DNA of 13,562 nucleotides from a virus (Duplodnaviria; Heunggongvirae; Uroviricota; Caudoviricetes), in the IMG/VR virus record IMGVR_UViG_2585427753_000009; one strand, 5' to 3'. The notes beneath the pieces are model-generated. The model had not been told where the DNA came from, ran no database searches, and saw only the letters and a list, made by a program, of their open reading frames with translations. This document shows positions 1 through 7,628 of the stretch, piece after piece. A program made the position numbers and the translations under genes. Positions within the stretch are counted from its first letter, which is position 1; each line of letters opens with the position of its first letter.

Positions 1-429
1 CTTTTGGGGAACCAGGATAGGCAAGCGGAAACGCCAGCGGCATGGCCAGAGCAGGGGAACACCGGCGGGTGTCAGCATATCGGCAAGTATGTGGCTCAAA
101 TAACCCAGCACCATACCCTGCAACGCATCAGCCGGAATGAACCAGCTTTCAGGAACCTTAAGGTAAAAGGTTGCCAGCAGCGCAAATACCGCCAGCAGAC
201 TGTGGGTAAAACCACGATGCCCAAAAGCGCGGGCGATCGGTTTTGATATCCACTTTAATCGCTGCCCAAGAAACGACTTTGGGTGATCGATGTCCGGTAA
301 CAAACACGTCAGGATTGCGGAAGGGACAATATGCCACCAGTCACCCTGTGCCAGCACGGGCGTCAGCTCGGCATTTTTGGCAAATACCGCACAAGCAATA
401 GAAAAGAGAAGGTGACCTTCCGCCGTCAT
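1..429 (-). CDS. ydjM: SOS-regulated inner membrane protein YdjM-like (5' part only; gene continues past window start)
   Basis: Minus-strand frame from ATG (complement of 427-429) translates MTAEGHLLFSIACAVFAKNAELTPVLAQGDWWHIVPSAILTCLLPDIDHPKSFLGQRL..., hydrophobic throughout and matching my recollection of E. coli YdjM. A LexA box sits immediately upstream. The + strand ORF 4-246 is antisense to it. Confidence 0.7.
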   Translation of the reverse strand, partial: MTAEGHLLFSIACAVFAKNAELTPVLAQGDWWHIVPSAILTCLLPDIDHPKSFLGQRLKWISKPIARAFGHRGFTHSLLAVFALLATFYLKVPESWFIPADALQGMVLGYLSHILADMLTPAGVPLLWPCRWRFRLPILVPQK

Positions 430-443
430 GATAAAACTCACTA

Positions 444-463
444 AACTGTCGATACGTACAGTA
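444..463. promoter_or_regulatory. LexA (SOS) box upstream of ydjM-like gene
   Basis: AACTGTCGATACGTACAGTA fits the CTGT-N8-ACAG palindrome of the LexA consensus and lies 15-35 nt upstream of the ydjM-like start codon. An additional CTGT/ACAG half-site follows at 476-479. Confidence 0.55.
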
Positions 464-644
464 TAGGGTTTTTATACAGTGCACGGAAGTGGTGACGGTG
501 TAACTCTTTCTCTTAAATTGGCGATTAATCCGTCAGTTGAATGCAAATTCAGATAAAGAACCAGGGTGATGCGCCGCGCGATAAATGCACTCTATCTTGT
601 GCGATAAATGGCATCCACGCGGCGTTTCATTATTTGAAAAAGAA

Positions 645-1217
645 TTACATTTCAGGTCGCGTTATGACAGTCCCAACAGGGTGGTAGCGGTAGATCGTTG
701 ACAGTCCAATATCATAGATAATTGCCAGCCGCTTTCTGTCATACCCTTTCTGGAGCAATCTTGCGATCTGCTCATGCTGCTCCTTCGTCAGTTTCGGGCG
801 ACGTCCTCCAACTCTCCCTTGTGCTCGCGCAGCAGCCAGTCCTGCCAGCGTGCGCTCAACTATCAGTTCACGCTCCATTTCTGCCAGTGCACCCATCATA
901 TGAAAAAAGAACCTTCCCATCGGAGTGCTGGTATCGATTGAATCCGTCAGACTGCGAAAATTGACACCTTTTGCGCGTAGCTCTTCTGTGAGAGCAATGA
1001 GGTGTTTCATTCTTCTACCCAACCGATCCAGCTTCCAGACCACCAATGTATCCCCTCTTTTAAGGCACTTTAAAGCGCGTTTCAGGCCTGGTCGTTCCGA
1101 CTTGGTTCCGCTCATTTTGTCCTCAAAAATCTGTTCACATCCTGCGCACATTAATGCATTGCGTTGCAAATCTGTGTTTTGGTCATTTGTTGACACACGT
1201 ATGTAGCCAATCAGCAT
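645..1217 (-). CDS. Serine DNA invertase (Hin/Gin/Pin/Cin family), copy 1
   Basis: Translation MLIGYIRVSTNDQNTDLQRNAL...VVWKLDRLGRRMKHL...GRRPKLTKEQHEQIARLLQKGYDRKRLAIIYDIGLSTIYRY has the N-terminal catalytic serine motif (YIRVSTNDQ) and a C-terminal helix-turn-helix like Hin/Gin. The ORF-track start at 1346 is a read-through extension; the real start is ATG at 1217, preceded by AAGGGAG with 7-nt spacing. Confidence 0.9.
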   Translation of the reverse strand: MLIGYIRVSTNDQNTDLQRNALMCAGCEQIFEDKMSGTKSERPGLKRALKCLKRGDTLVVWKLDRLGRRMKHLIALTEELRAKGVNFRSLTDSIDTSTPMGRFFFHMMGALAEMERELIVERTLAGLAAARAQGRVGGRRPKLTKEQHEQIARLLQKGYDRKRLAIIYDIGLSTIYRYHPVGTVITRPEM

Positions 1218-1271
1218 TAAAAATACTCCCTTTTGAGTGGTTAAAGTACTGAGATAATGTGGGGAGGATTT

Positions 1272-1297
1272 GAGAGATAAACGTTGGTTTGGGGGAA
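1272..1297 (+). other. Candidate hix/gix-like crossover site A (core AAACGTTGGTTT at 1279-1290)
   Basis: AAAC-N4-GTTT core resembling the hix/gix AAACC-NN-GGTTT pattern, about 60 bp upstream of invertase copy 1 and at the exact start of the sequence shared by all three fiber cassettes. The same core recurs in inverted orientation at 2894-2905 and 3366-3377. Confidence 0.55.
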
Positions 1298-1452
1298 GGC
1301 TCTGCATTGCCTGTTGGTGTACCGGTTCCGTGGCCCACCGCCACACCGCCAGAAGGCTGGTTAAAGTGCGACGGGCGCGCCTTTACAAAAGAACAATATC
1401 CTGTTCTGGCCAGAGCCTACCCGACCCTCCGTCTTCCCGATTTACGCGGTGA
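1279..1452 (+). repeat. 174-bp inverted repeat, arm A (perfect match to complement of 3204-3377)
   Basis: By-eye comparison: 1279-1452 equals the reverse complement of 3204-3377 with no mismatch; the first mismatch is at 1453 versus 3203. Encodes the conserved N-terminal 'collar' part of the cassettes. Confidence 0.8.
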
Positions 1453-1801
1453 GTTTATCCGTGGATGGGACGACGGGCGCAAAGTTGATACAGGACGTAA
1501 GTTGCTGTCCGCACAAGGGGCAACGCTGTTAAGAACAGCAATGCTGGATTATTATAACCAGGACACTACGGGAACCTCGGGGATAGTCGGCATGGGATTC
1601 AACAATGAAGATTCCATTACAGACCTTCGTGAGGGCAGCTTTAAAATGCCGGACGGGACAACATTCAGCGATCCTGTCGTGGCAATGTCAGACAATGGTA
1701 TGCAGGCTACTATTCTGACCTCTATCAGAAGCGGGTATGCGAAGGGTATCACTGTCAGACCCCGTAGCATTGCACTTAATTACATTGTGAGGGCAGTTTA
1801 A
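1289..1801 (+). CDS. Tail fiber C-terminal variable cassette A (no start codon; frame open from 1274)
   Basis: Translation (NVGL)GEGSALPVGVPVPWPTATPPEGWLKCDG...PDLRGEFIRGWDDGR...NYIVRAV: the conserved junction segment shared by P2 H, Mu S and P1 S fibers plus a tail-collar-like motif. The only in-frame start is TTG; an in-frame stop lies at 1271-1273, so it needs fusion to an upstream constant region. Its stop overlaps the start of the downstream tfa (TAATG). Confidence 0.8.
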   Translation: MGEGSALPVGVPVPWPTATPPEGWLKCDGRAFTKEQYPVLARAYPTLRLPDLRGEFIRGWDDGRKVDTGRKLLSAQGATLLRTAMLDYYNQDTTGTSGIVGMGFNNEDSITDLREGSFKMPDGTTFSDPVVAMSDNGMQATILTSIRSGYAKGITVRPRSIALNYIVRAV

Positions 1802-2415
1802 TGAGTAACACTGCAGTTCTGGATGAAAACGGTATCGCCACTGTAGCGGGCGATATCACTGTATATCACTATGACGAGGAAACCCGGGAATACACCTCAT
1901 CCTCTGTGGAGTATCTCGCCCTTGGGGTGGGTACTCCGGCACATTCGTGCGCCGATGCACCGCCGGAGGCAATTTCGGGTTACGTGGTTTGCCGGACTGC
2001 CACGCTGAACGGGTGGGAGCATGTGCCTGATCACCGCGGCGAGACGGTATACAGCACGGAGAACGGTAACCCTGTTCTGATTACCCAACCGGGTGATTAC
2101 CCGGCGGACACCACCACAAAACAGCCAGCCACGCCATGGGATACCTGGAACGGTGAGGCGTGGGTAACCGATACTGAACGGCAGCGAGCCGCAGAACTGG
2201 AGGTTGCCAGACAGCAACGCCAGCAACGGGTGAAACAGGCGATGGCGTCCGTCGATCTTATCAACCTCAAACTGCGTGCTGGTCGCAGTCTGACACCAGA
2301 AGAAACGGCAAAACTGAACGCCGTGCTGGATTATATCGACGAGCTGAACGCACTGGATATCAGCACGGCACCTGAAATCAGCTGGCCGGAAGCGCCACTG
2401 GCACTTGCCAGTTGA
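1801..2415 (+). CDS. Tail fiber assembly protein (Tfa; Mu U / P2 G family)
   Basis: 204 aa with VYHYDEETREY, HRGETVYSTENG, WNGEAWVTD and C-terminal APEISWPEAP motifs typical of caudoviral Tfa chaperones. Translationally coupled to cassette A. Confidence 0.85.
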   Translation: MSNTAVLDENGIATVAGDITVYHYDEETREYTSSSVEYLALGVGTPAHSCADAPPEAISGYVVCRTATLNGWEHVPDHRGETVYSTENGNPVLITQPGDYPADTTTKQPATPWDTWNGEAWVTDTERQRAAELEVARQQRQQRVKQAMASVDLINLKLRAGRSLTPEETAKLNAVLDYIDELNALDISTAPEISWPEAPLALAS

Positions 2416-2421
2416 ACGGTA

Positions 2422-2895
2422 TCACGCCGCCCTCACGATATAGTTAAACGCGATATTGCGGGGGCGGGTTATGTTAAAGAATGCTCCGTTTAATTCGGCT
2501 TTTGCGCGACTGTTTGTTCCACCCAGTATTGCGTACCACAAATAATCGCTACGGTAATTCCCCGCAAACACCTTATCGCCGCCATAGTCAATATTATTTC
2601 CGTTACTCATGTACGAGATATCAAGCGCAGAATCGTTATCGTCATGACCGCCGACCAGTGTACCTTTCTGCCATGAAAGCAACTTACGCCCCTCGTCAAT
2701 CTTGCGCCCGTCGTCCCATCCACGGATAAACTCACCGCGTAAATCGGGAAGACGGAGGGTCGGGTAGACTCTGGCCAGAACAGGATATTGTTCTTTGGTG
2801 AACGTAGCTCCGTTGCACTGTAACCAGCCTGCTGGCGGTGTGGCGGTGGGCCATGGAACCGGTACACCAACAGGCAATGCAGAGCCTTCCCCCAA
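2422..2895 (-). CDS. Tail fiber C-terminal variable cassette B (no start codon)
   Basis: GEGSALPVGVPVPWPTATPPAGWLQCNG...PDLRGEFIRGWDDGRKIDEG...NYIVRAA: same conserved N-terminal segment, divergent C-terminal domain. Begins at crossover site B, converges on tfa with a 6-nt gap, and has no tfa of its own. Confidence 0.75.
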   Translation of the reverse strand: MGEGSALPVGVPVPWPTATPPAGWLQCNGATFTKEQYPVLARVYPTLRLPDLRGEFIRGWDDGRKIDEGRKLLSWQKGTLVGGHDDNDSALDISYMSNGNNIDYGGDKVFAGNYRSDYLWYAILGGTNSRAKAELNGAFFNITRPRNIAFNYIVRAA

Positions 2896-2905
2896 ACCAA
2901 CGTTT
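2690..2905 (-). repeat. Cassette B copy of the conserved junction repeat (imperfect, mosaic relative to A and C)
   Basis: Reverse complement matches arm A for the first ~50 nt from the AAACGTTGG core, then diverges and matches again near GATTTACGCGGTGAGTTTATCCGTGGATGGGACGACGGGCGC. Confidence 0.6.
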
Positions 2906-2912
2906 TTATGCC
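2887..2912 (-). other. Candidate crossover site B (core at 2894-2905)
   Basis: Reverse complement AAACGTTGGTTTGGGGGAAGG. The stop codon of cassette C (2906-2908) sits inside this site, so cassettes C and B are in tandem. Confidence 0.5.
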
Positions 2913-3424
2913 GCCCTTACGATATAATTAAAGGCAATATTACGAGGACGGTTTTCATTAGCTGTTGGCACGACACGAGAGGCGTCGAATCCAAGGTCAT
3001 CGGTTTTGTCTATAGTAGTTGTGTTATTCGGCATTCTCGCTGATCGTGTTCCTGCATCGTAAAAAGCCCCTCTGATTGCATCAAAAGACATACCGATCCC
3101 GCCATCTGCGAATCCCTCAATATTTCTTATTGCATCCCCCTGTGAAGATAATAATTGTCGCCCGGCATCCACACCACGTCCGTCATCCCAGCCACGAATA
3201 AATTCACCGCGTAAATCGGGAAGACGGAGGGTCGGGTAGGCTCTGGCCAGAACAGGATATTGTTCTTTTGTAAAGGCGCGCCCGTCGCACTTTAACCAGC
3301 CTTCTGGCGGTGTGGCGGTGGGCCACGGAACCGGTACACCAACAGGCAATGCAGAGCCTTCCCCCAAACCAACGTTTTCGTTTTTATCCCTACCTATACC
3401 AACTCTGTATTTTTCACGAAACAA
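2906..3424 (-). CDS. Tail fiber C-terminal variable cassette C (no ATG; conserved part begins at about 3385)
   Basis: ...KNENVGLGEGSALPVGVPVPWPTATPPEGWLKCDGRAFTKEQYPVLARAYPTLRLPDLRGEFIRGWDDGRGVDAG...NYIVRAA. Its first ~57 codons are identical at DNA level to cassette A (inverted), then it diverges. The ORF-track start is a TTG within the invertase-2 upstream region. Confidence 0.75.
   Translation of the reverse strand: MFREKYRVGIGRDKNENVGLGEGSALPVGVPVPWPTATPPEGWLKCDGRAFTKEQYPVLARAYPTLRLPDLRGEFIRGWDDGRGVDAGRQLLSSQGDAIRNIEGFADGGIGMSFDAIRGAFYDAGTRSARMPNNTTTIDKTDDLGFDASRVVPTANENRPRNIAFNYIVRAA
3204..3377 (-). repeat. 174-bp inverted repeat, arm C (perfect match to complement of 1279-1452)
   Basis: See arm A. 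Confidence 0.8.
3359..3384 (-). other. Candidate crossover site C (core at 3366-3377)
   Basis: Reverse complement CGAAAACGTTGGTTTGGGGGAAGG, about 55 bp upstream of invertase copy 2; mirrors the site A / invertase 1 arrangement. Confidence 0.55.
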
Positions 3425-3438
3425 AGAGGATGTTTTTT

Positions 3439-4038
3439 ATGCAAATTGGCTATATTCGTGTGTCAACAAACGACCAGAACACGGATTTACAACGCAATGC
3501 ACTGAACTGCGCAGGATGTGAACTGATTTTTGAAGATAAAATCAGCGGAACGAAATCAACCAGACCGGGATTGAAAAAACTGCTCAGAACGCTATCAGAA
3601 GGAGATACGCTGGTTGTCTGGAAGCTGGACAGACTGGGCAGAAGTATGAAACACCTGATCACGCTTATTGAGGAATTGCGGGAAAAAGGTGTTAATTTCC
3701 GTAGTCTGACGGACAGCATTGACACGTCAACACCCATGGGGCGTTTCTTTTTTCACGTCATGGGGGCTTTAGCCGAAATGGAACGTGAATTAATTGTAGA
3801 GCGTACACTGGCCGGGCTGGCAGCAGCACGCGCACAAGGACGCATTGGCGGACGTCGCCCGAAGTTGACAAAAGAACAACACGAGCAAATAGCGAGGCTG
3901 ATTAAAAACGGTCATGACAGGAAACAACTGGCGATCATTTACGACATCGGCATATCGACGATTTATCGTTATCACCCTGTAGGCGATATACAGGCTGAAG
4001 AAACAACCAGACAGACTCAGGAAAATGAAAACCGCTAA
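3439..4038 (+). CDS. Serine DNA invertase (Hin/Gin/Pin/Cin family), copy 2
   Basis: MQIGYIRVSTNDQNTDLQRNALNCAGCELIFEDK...GRRPKLTKEQHEQIARLIKNGHDRKQLAIIYDIGISTIYRY. Start ATG at 3439 follows AGAGGA with 8-nt spacing; the ORF-track start at 3310 is a read-through extension. Closely similar to copy 1 but with a distinct, longer C-terminal tail. Confidence 0.9.
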   Translation: MQIGYIRVSTNDQNTDLQRNALNCAGCELIFEDKISGTKSTRPGLKKLLRTLSEGDTLVVWKLDRLGRSMKHLITLIEELREKGVNFRSLTDSIDTSTPMGRFFFHVMGALAEMERELIVERTLAGLAAARAQGRIGGRRPKLTKEQHEQIARLIKNGHDRKQLAIIYDIGISTIYRYHPVGDIQAEETTRQTQENENR

Positions 4039-4057
4039 TCTGACCATTAGCGGTTTT
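4031..4057. terminator. Bidirectional intrinsic terminator between convergent invertase 2 and gene U
   Basis: Perfect 9-bp stem ACCGCTAAT / ATTAGCGGT with 6-nt loop, followed by TTTT on the + strand and by a T-rich tract on the - strand. Confidence 0.5.
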
Positions 4058-4064
4058 GCGTTAA

Positions 4065-4559
4065 TCAAAACAGCCCTTTAACGGAGCTGGCCGCGCTGTT
4101 AAGAGATGATGTCACTTTATCTTTGAAGCCGGACAGCATATCGCTGAACGATGAGGATTGCAGGCGCTCCCGCAAATCCTCATCACAGCGTTCAAGAGTC
4201 AGTGAAAATTCTATCTTTTTCGCCTTACCATAGCGATCAAACTCGGAACGGGTCGTATTCGTTTCAGTCAGTACATACATGCCGTAAATCTGCCCGACAC
4301 CATCAATCAGAGGCCAGGGGCGTCCTGTATATGCCTGCGTGGTCAGCAACGAAAGCGACACTTCGCCACCTGTAATTTCAGGATAAAGCACGCCGGAAAG
4401 CACAATGCGATCATCACCTGCGCCGATATACTGCCAGCCTGCTGAACGGTTAACGCGTTCATTTTTCACATGCCGCCAGCTTTTGTTTTGCTGTAACTGC
4501 TGATGCGGCAGCGTGCGCAGCTCAAAAACAAACATGCCGTAGATCATCATCATGGCCAT
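4065..4559 (-). CDS. P2 gpU-like tail protein
   Basis: MAMMMIYGMFVFELRTLPHQQ...GVLYPEITGG...RPWPLIDGVGQIYGMYVL resembles P2 gpU as I recall it, and the gene sits directly after the tape measure gene. The true start is probably the third ATG (4553), which has proper GAGGAG spacing. Confidence 0.7.
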   Translation of the reverse strand: MAMMMIYGMFVFELRTLPHQQLQQNKSWRHVKNERVNRSAGWQYIGAGDDRIVLSGVLYPEITGGEVSLSLLTTQAYTGRPWPLIDGVGQIYGMYVLTETNTTRSEFDRYGKAKKIEFSLTLERCDEDLRERLQSSSFSDMLSGFKDKVTSSLNSAASSVKGLF

Positions 4560-4565
4560 GACTCC

Positions 4566-7382
4566 TCAATCTTTATCGTAAAAACTGCCACGCCCGGCAC
4601 GGGCGCGCCGTTCCATTTCTGCCCTAACCATTTCACCGACCAGTTTCGCCAGTTCGCGGGGATTCTGTGTAACAATGTTATGCAGATGAACATGAATTTC
4701 ACCGCCAAATCCGGAGGCAACAGGCTCCCGGTTACGGGAAGTTGCAGGAGCTGATGCCACTGGCGATCGTATGGCCTCCGCCACCGGGCGGGAGCTGGCC
4801 GCAACAACAGGGACCAGCGCCGGAGGCAGCGGAGCCGGAACCACGGGTGTGATATTAATTGCGGGGGCAGGCTTACTGACCTGCGCAATCTTCCGCTCCT
4901 GCCACTCCCCACGAACAGCAAGTGCGCGGGGCAGGTTCTTAAAGACAATATCGCCGGGGCCAATGCGTTTTTTCGTCTCATCAACCAGCTTACCTGTGTT
5001 ATCAGCAATTTTGCTGAGTCTGCGCAGCGTCCCGGTATTGCTGTCTGTGAGCGGTTTGTTGTCTTTGGGTTTATCACCTCCGGTGCCATTGCCATTTTCC
5101 ACAGGCTTCGGCGGATTGATTTTCGCCAGGTCCCCCTGAAGTAAGGCAACCTTGTCCTGAAGAATGGCCGCACGCTGTGCGTCTTCGATTTTCTTGCGCG
5201 CCCTTTCCGCTTCATCCGGAAGGACGCCAAGTTTTTCAAGTATCCACGCCAGCGTATCCAGTAGCATTTTTGCAGGTGTCAGAACAAGTTGTAACGCACC
5301 GCCAAGAACGTTACCGAATATCTCGCCAGCACTGGTACATTTATCCAGCGTTTCCTTGCTGGACTCCATCGGTGACAACAGCGATTTAAACCAGTTAAAC
5401 ACCTGGCTGATCCCGCTTCCGATTGCGTCAAAAACAGGACCAAACCGTTCAAAGGTTTCGCGCAACGGGGTCAGCCTTTCCATAATCCCGCTGAACACCC
5501 CGGCAAAAAATGCCCTGATGGGATCCCAGTATTTCCAGATGAGAACGGCAGCTCCGGCAAGCGCAGCCACGATAAGACCGACCGGACTGAACAACGCCCC
5601 GATAGCGCCCCCCAGTAACGAAACGGAACCCGTCACCATTCCCCATAGTGCTGGCAGGAGTCTGACAGCATTCATTGAACCGGTCAGGAGGGAAAAGCCA
5701 AGACGCAGTTTTGCCAGCGGGCCAGCAAGCACACCAATAGCCAGCGACAACGAGCCAACCGTTGCAGTCATTGCCAGCAACGCACCGCCTGCTATCAGTA
5801 GCTGGCGCGTCAGTACCGGATGGGCCTGCGCCAGCGAGGTGATTTTTTCAAGCACCCGCGTGAGCCACTGCGTGACAGAACGCAGCGGACCGTCAACCAG
5901 ATCACTGATGCGAATACGAAGACCTTCCCATGCGCTGTCGAGATTTTTCAGGTCCCCATCAAGATTATCGGCCATTACTTTTGCGACGCGATCGGCCTCT
6001 CCCCTTGCCCCCTGCAATTCTCTGGTCAGTTTTTGCAGCTCTCCTGAACCAGCCGCAGCAACAAGCGTCTGCAAACCAACGAACGCCTCTTCTCCGGCGA
6101 TGTCCTTGAAGAAGGAAACCTGGTCCACCTGTCCGTATTTTTGTGTCGCCTTATAGAGATCAAGCAGCACATCCTCCATCGGGCGCATTTTGCCTCTGGC
6201 GTCAGCAACTGACACCCCCAGCTCTTTCAGCGCATCAGCCGCAGCTTTTGGCGGTGATGCAAGGCGGGACAGACTTGCGCGCATGGCCGTACCAGCATCG
6301 CTTCCACGAAGACCATTATTGGCAAGCATCCCGGCCATGGCCGCCGCTTCTTCAAGACTGATACCAAGTTTTGCGGCAACCGGACCGGTATACTTCATGG
6401 TTTCGCCCAGCGCGCGTAAATCAGTATTGGTCCGGGTGAATGCCGCTGTCAGCGTATCGCCAACCCGGTCCATTTGATCGGCTGTCAGGTTGAACTGTGT
6501 GAGGATATTGGAGCCTATATCCGCCGTCTCGCCGAGTTCGACGCCACCTGCCAGCGCCATATTAAGAACACCGGGCAATGCGGCCTGAATGGCCTGCGGA
6601 GTAAAACCAGCCATTGCCAGAAAGCTCTGCCCACTGGCGGCATCACTCGCAGTAAACTGTGTTTCAGAGCCAAGTTTTAACGCCTGCTCACGCAGCGCCT
6701 TAAACTGCGGGCTGTTTTTGTCGATTCGCGTCAGTGCCTGAACGCGGGACATCTCTTTGCCGAACCCGATCGCAGGCTGCAAAAAACGCCCGGCAGCATA
6801 GCCGCCCGCCGCTGCCGCACCAATTGCCAGCGCACCACCTGTTTTCAGTTTTCCCGCGGTTTCCTGCGCGCGCGAATACCGCTCACGCGCCCGCGTTACA
6901 CGCGCAAGCGCCTGCCGTTCGCGTTCAAGCTGGTTGTTGTACTGTTCGGTGCGTCTGATGGCCTGCTGGATGGTGTTATCGCTGCCTGTCAGGGAAATGC
7001 CGTGGCGTTTCAGCTCTCCGCCAAGCTCCCGCATTTTCTGAATTTCCCGTGTGCGCGATTCATTCAGGCGTTCAAGCCGGGTGCTTAACTGCTGCATCAG
7101 CTTTTGTTGTTTTTCGCTGAGCACTGTACCCGTGCGTTGTAACTGATTAAGGGCGTTAAGCTGGCGTCGTGCTTTCACGATACCCGCATCCGCTTTACTG
7201 ACAGCGTCGCGGGCGCGCTCAAATGATCGCGCCTGACGCTCGAGATTTTTGATCGCCCCCTGCGTTCGCTGGATGGAGTCACCAAACTGCCCCATCAGGC
7301 GGCGGGCGTTTTCGGCAGGCCGGGTCAGCCTGTCAACGGCGCTGAAAGCGACCCGGATATCAAGAGTCTTCATTGTCTGCAT
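4566..7382 (-). CDS. Tail tape measure protein (P2 gpT-like)
   Basis: 938-aa ORF with long coiled-coil-type N-terminal region, central Gly/Ala-rich hydrophobic stretches and a Pro/Ala-rich C-terminal part, lying between the E/E' chaperone and U. Internal ORFs on both strands are alternate-frame artefacts. Confidence 0.85.
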   Translation of the reverse strand: MQTMKTLDIRVAFSAVDRLTRPAENARRLMGQFGDSIQRTQGAIKNLERQARSFERARDAVSKADAGIVKARRQLNALNQLQRTGTVLSEKQQKLMQQLSTRLERLNESRTREIQKMRELGGELKRHGISLTGSDNTIQQAIRRTEQYNNQLERERQALARVTRARERYSRAQETAGKLKTGGALAIGAAAAGGYAAGRFLQPAIGFGKEMSRVQALTRIDKNSPQFKALREQALKLGSETQFTASDAASGQSFLAMAGFTPQAIQAALPGVLNMALAGGVELGETADIGSNILTQFNLTADQMDRVGDTLTAAFTRTNTDLRALGETMKYTGPVAAKLGISLEEAAAMAGMLANNGLRGSDAGTAMRASLSRLASPPKAAADALKELGVSVADARGKMRPMEDVLLDLYKATQKYGQVDQVSFFKDIAGEEAFVGLQTLVAAAGSGELQKLTRELQGARGEADRVAKVMADNLDGDLKNLDSAWEGLRIRISDLVDGPLRSVTQWLTRVLEKITSLAQAHPVLTRQLLIAGGALLAMTATVGSLSLAIGVLAGPLAKLRLGFSLLTGSMNAVRLLPALWGMVTGSVSLLGGAIGALFSPVGLIVAALAGAAVLIWKYWDPIRAFFAGVFSGIMERLTPLRETFERFGPVFDAIGSGISQVFNWFKSLLSPMESSKETLDKCTSAGEIFGNVLGGALQLVLTPAKMLLDTLAWILEKLGVLPDEAERARKKIEDAQRAAILQDKVALLQGDLAKINPPKPVENGNGTGGDKPKDNKPLTDSNTGTLRRLSKIADNTGKLVDETKKRIGPGDIVFKNLPRALAVRGEWQERKIAQVSKPAPAINITPVVPAPLPPALVPVVAASSRPVAEAIRSPVASAPATSRNREPVASGFGGEIHVHLHNIVTQNPRELAKLVGEMVRAEMERRARAGRGSFYDKD

Positions 7383-7628
7383 TCCCGCTGCGAAGTGCCG
7401 CCCGCTCGCGCCAGCTAACCACTTCGCCGGGCGTCATCATGAAGATTTCGGCGGGCGACCAGTTAAAAATGGCGGCAATATCCGCCACCAGATCTTCGAT
7501 GTGCTCAAAGCACACCAGGGTGATTACGCTGCCGTCTCCTGCACGCTCTTCGCGCCAGAGTCTGGCTCGCTCATAAAATTTACAGCCACAGCGCACAACC
7601 GAATAAAATCGCGTGACGACATTTTTTT
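7360..7628 (-). CDS. E' extension: -1 frame continuation of E, predicted to be made as an E+E' fusion by frameshift
   Basis: The -1 frame opens at the A7 run (minus-strand TTAAAAAAATG, + coordinates 7621-7630) where a TAA in that frame overlaps the run, stays open to 7360 and overlaps the tape measure start. This is the arrangement of P2 E/E' and lambda G/GT. Confidence 0.5.

Noticed and set aside
4-246. Plus-strand 80-aa ORF at the window start
   Set aside because: Antisense to the ydjM-like coding sequence, which has a clear start codon, a hydrophobic membrane-protein translation and a LexA box in the right place.
578-610. 10-bp direct repeat GCGATAAATG at 578-587 and 601-610
   Set aside because: A single short repeat pair with no further copies and no known motif that I recognise; kept only as a note under the invertase 1 / ydjM finding.
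645-1346. ORF-track 233-aa and 242-aa versions of the invertases (645-1346 and 3310-4038), both starting MWRWATEPVHQQAMQSLPPNQ
   Set aside because: The extra N-terminal 43 aa are the antisense-frame reading of the conserved tail-fiber junction repeat. The real starts are the internal ATGs (1217 and 3439), which have proper ribosome-binding sites and give the canonical MxIGYIRVSTNDQ N-terminus.
4550-6958. Several long ORFs on both strands inside the tape measure gene (for example 4550-5239 minus, 4771-5139 plus, 5164-6156 plus, 6190-6477 plus, 6734-6958 plus)
   Set aside because: Alternate-frame or antisense ORFs with skewed Ser/Pro/Arg/Ala composition and no ribosome-binding sites, typical of GC-rich coding DNA. 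The 938-aa minus-strand frame explains the whole interval.
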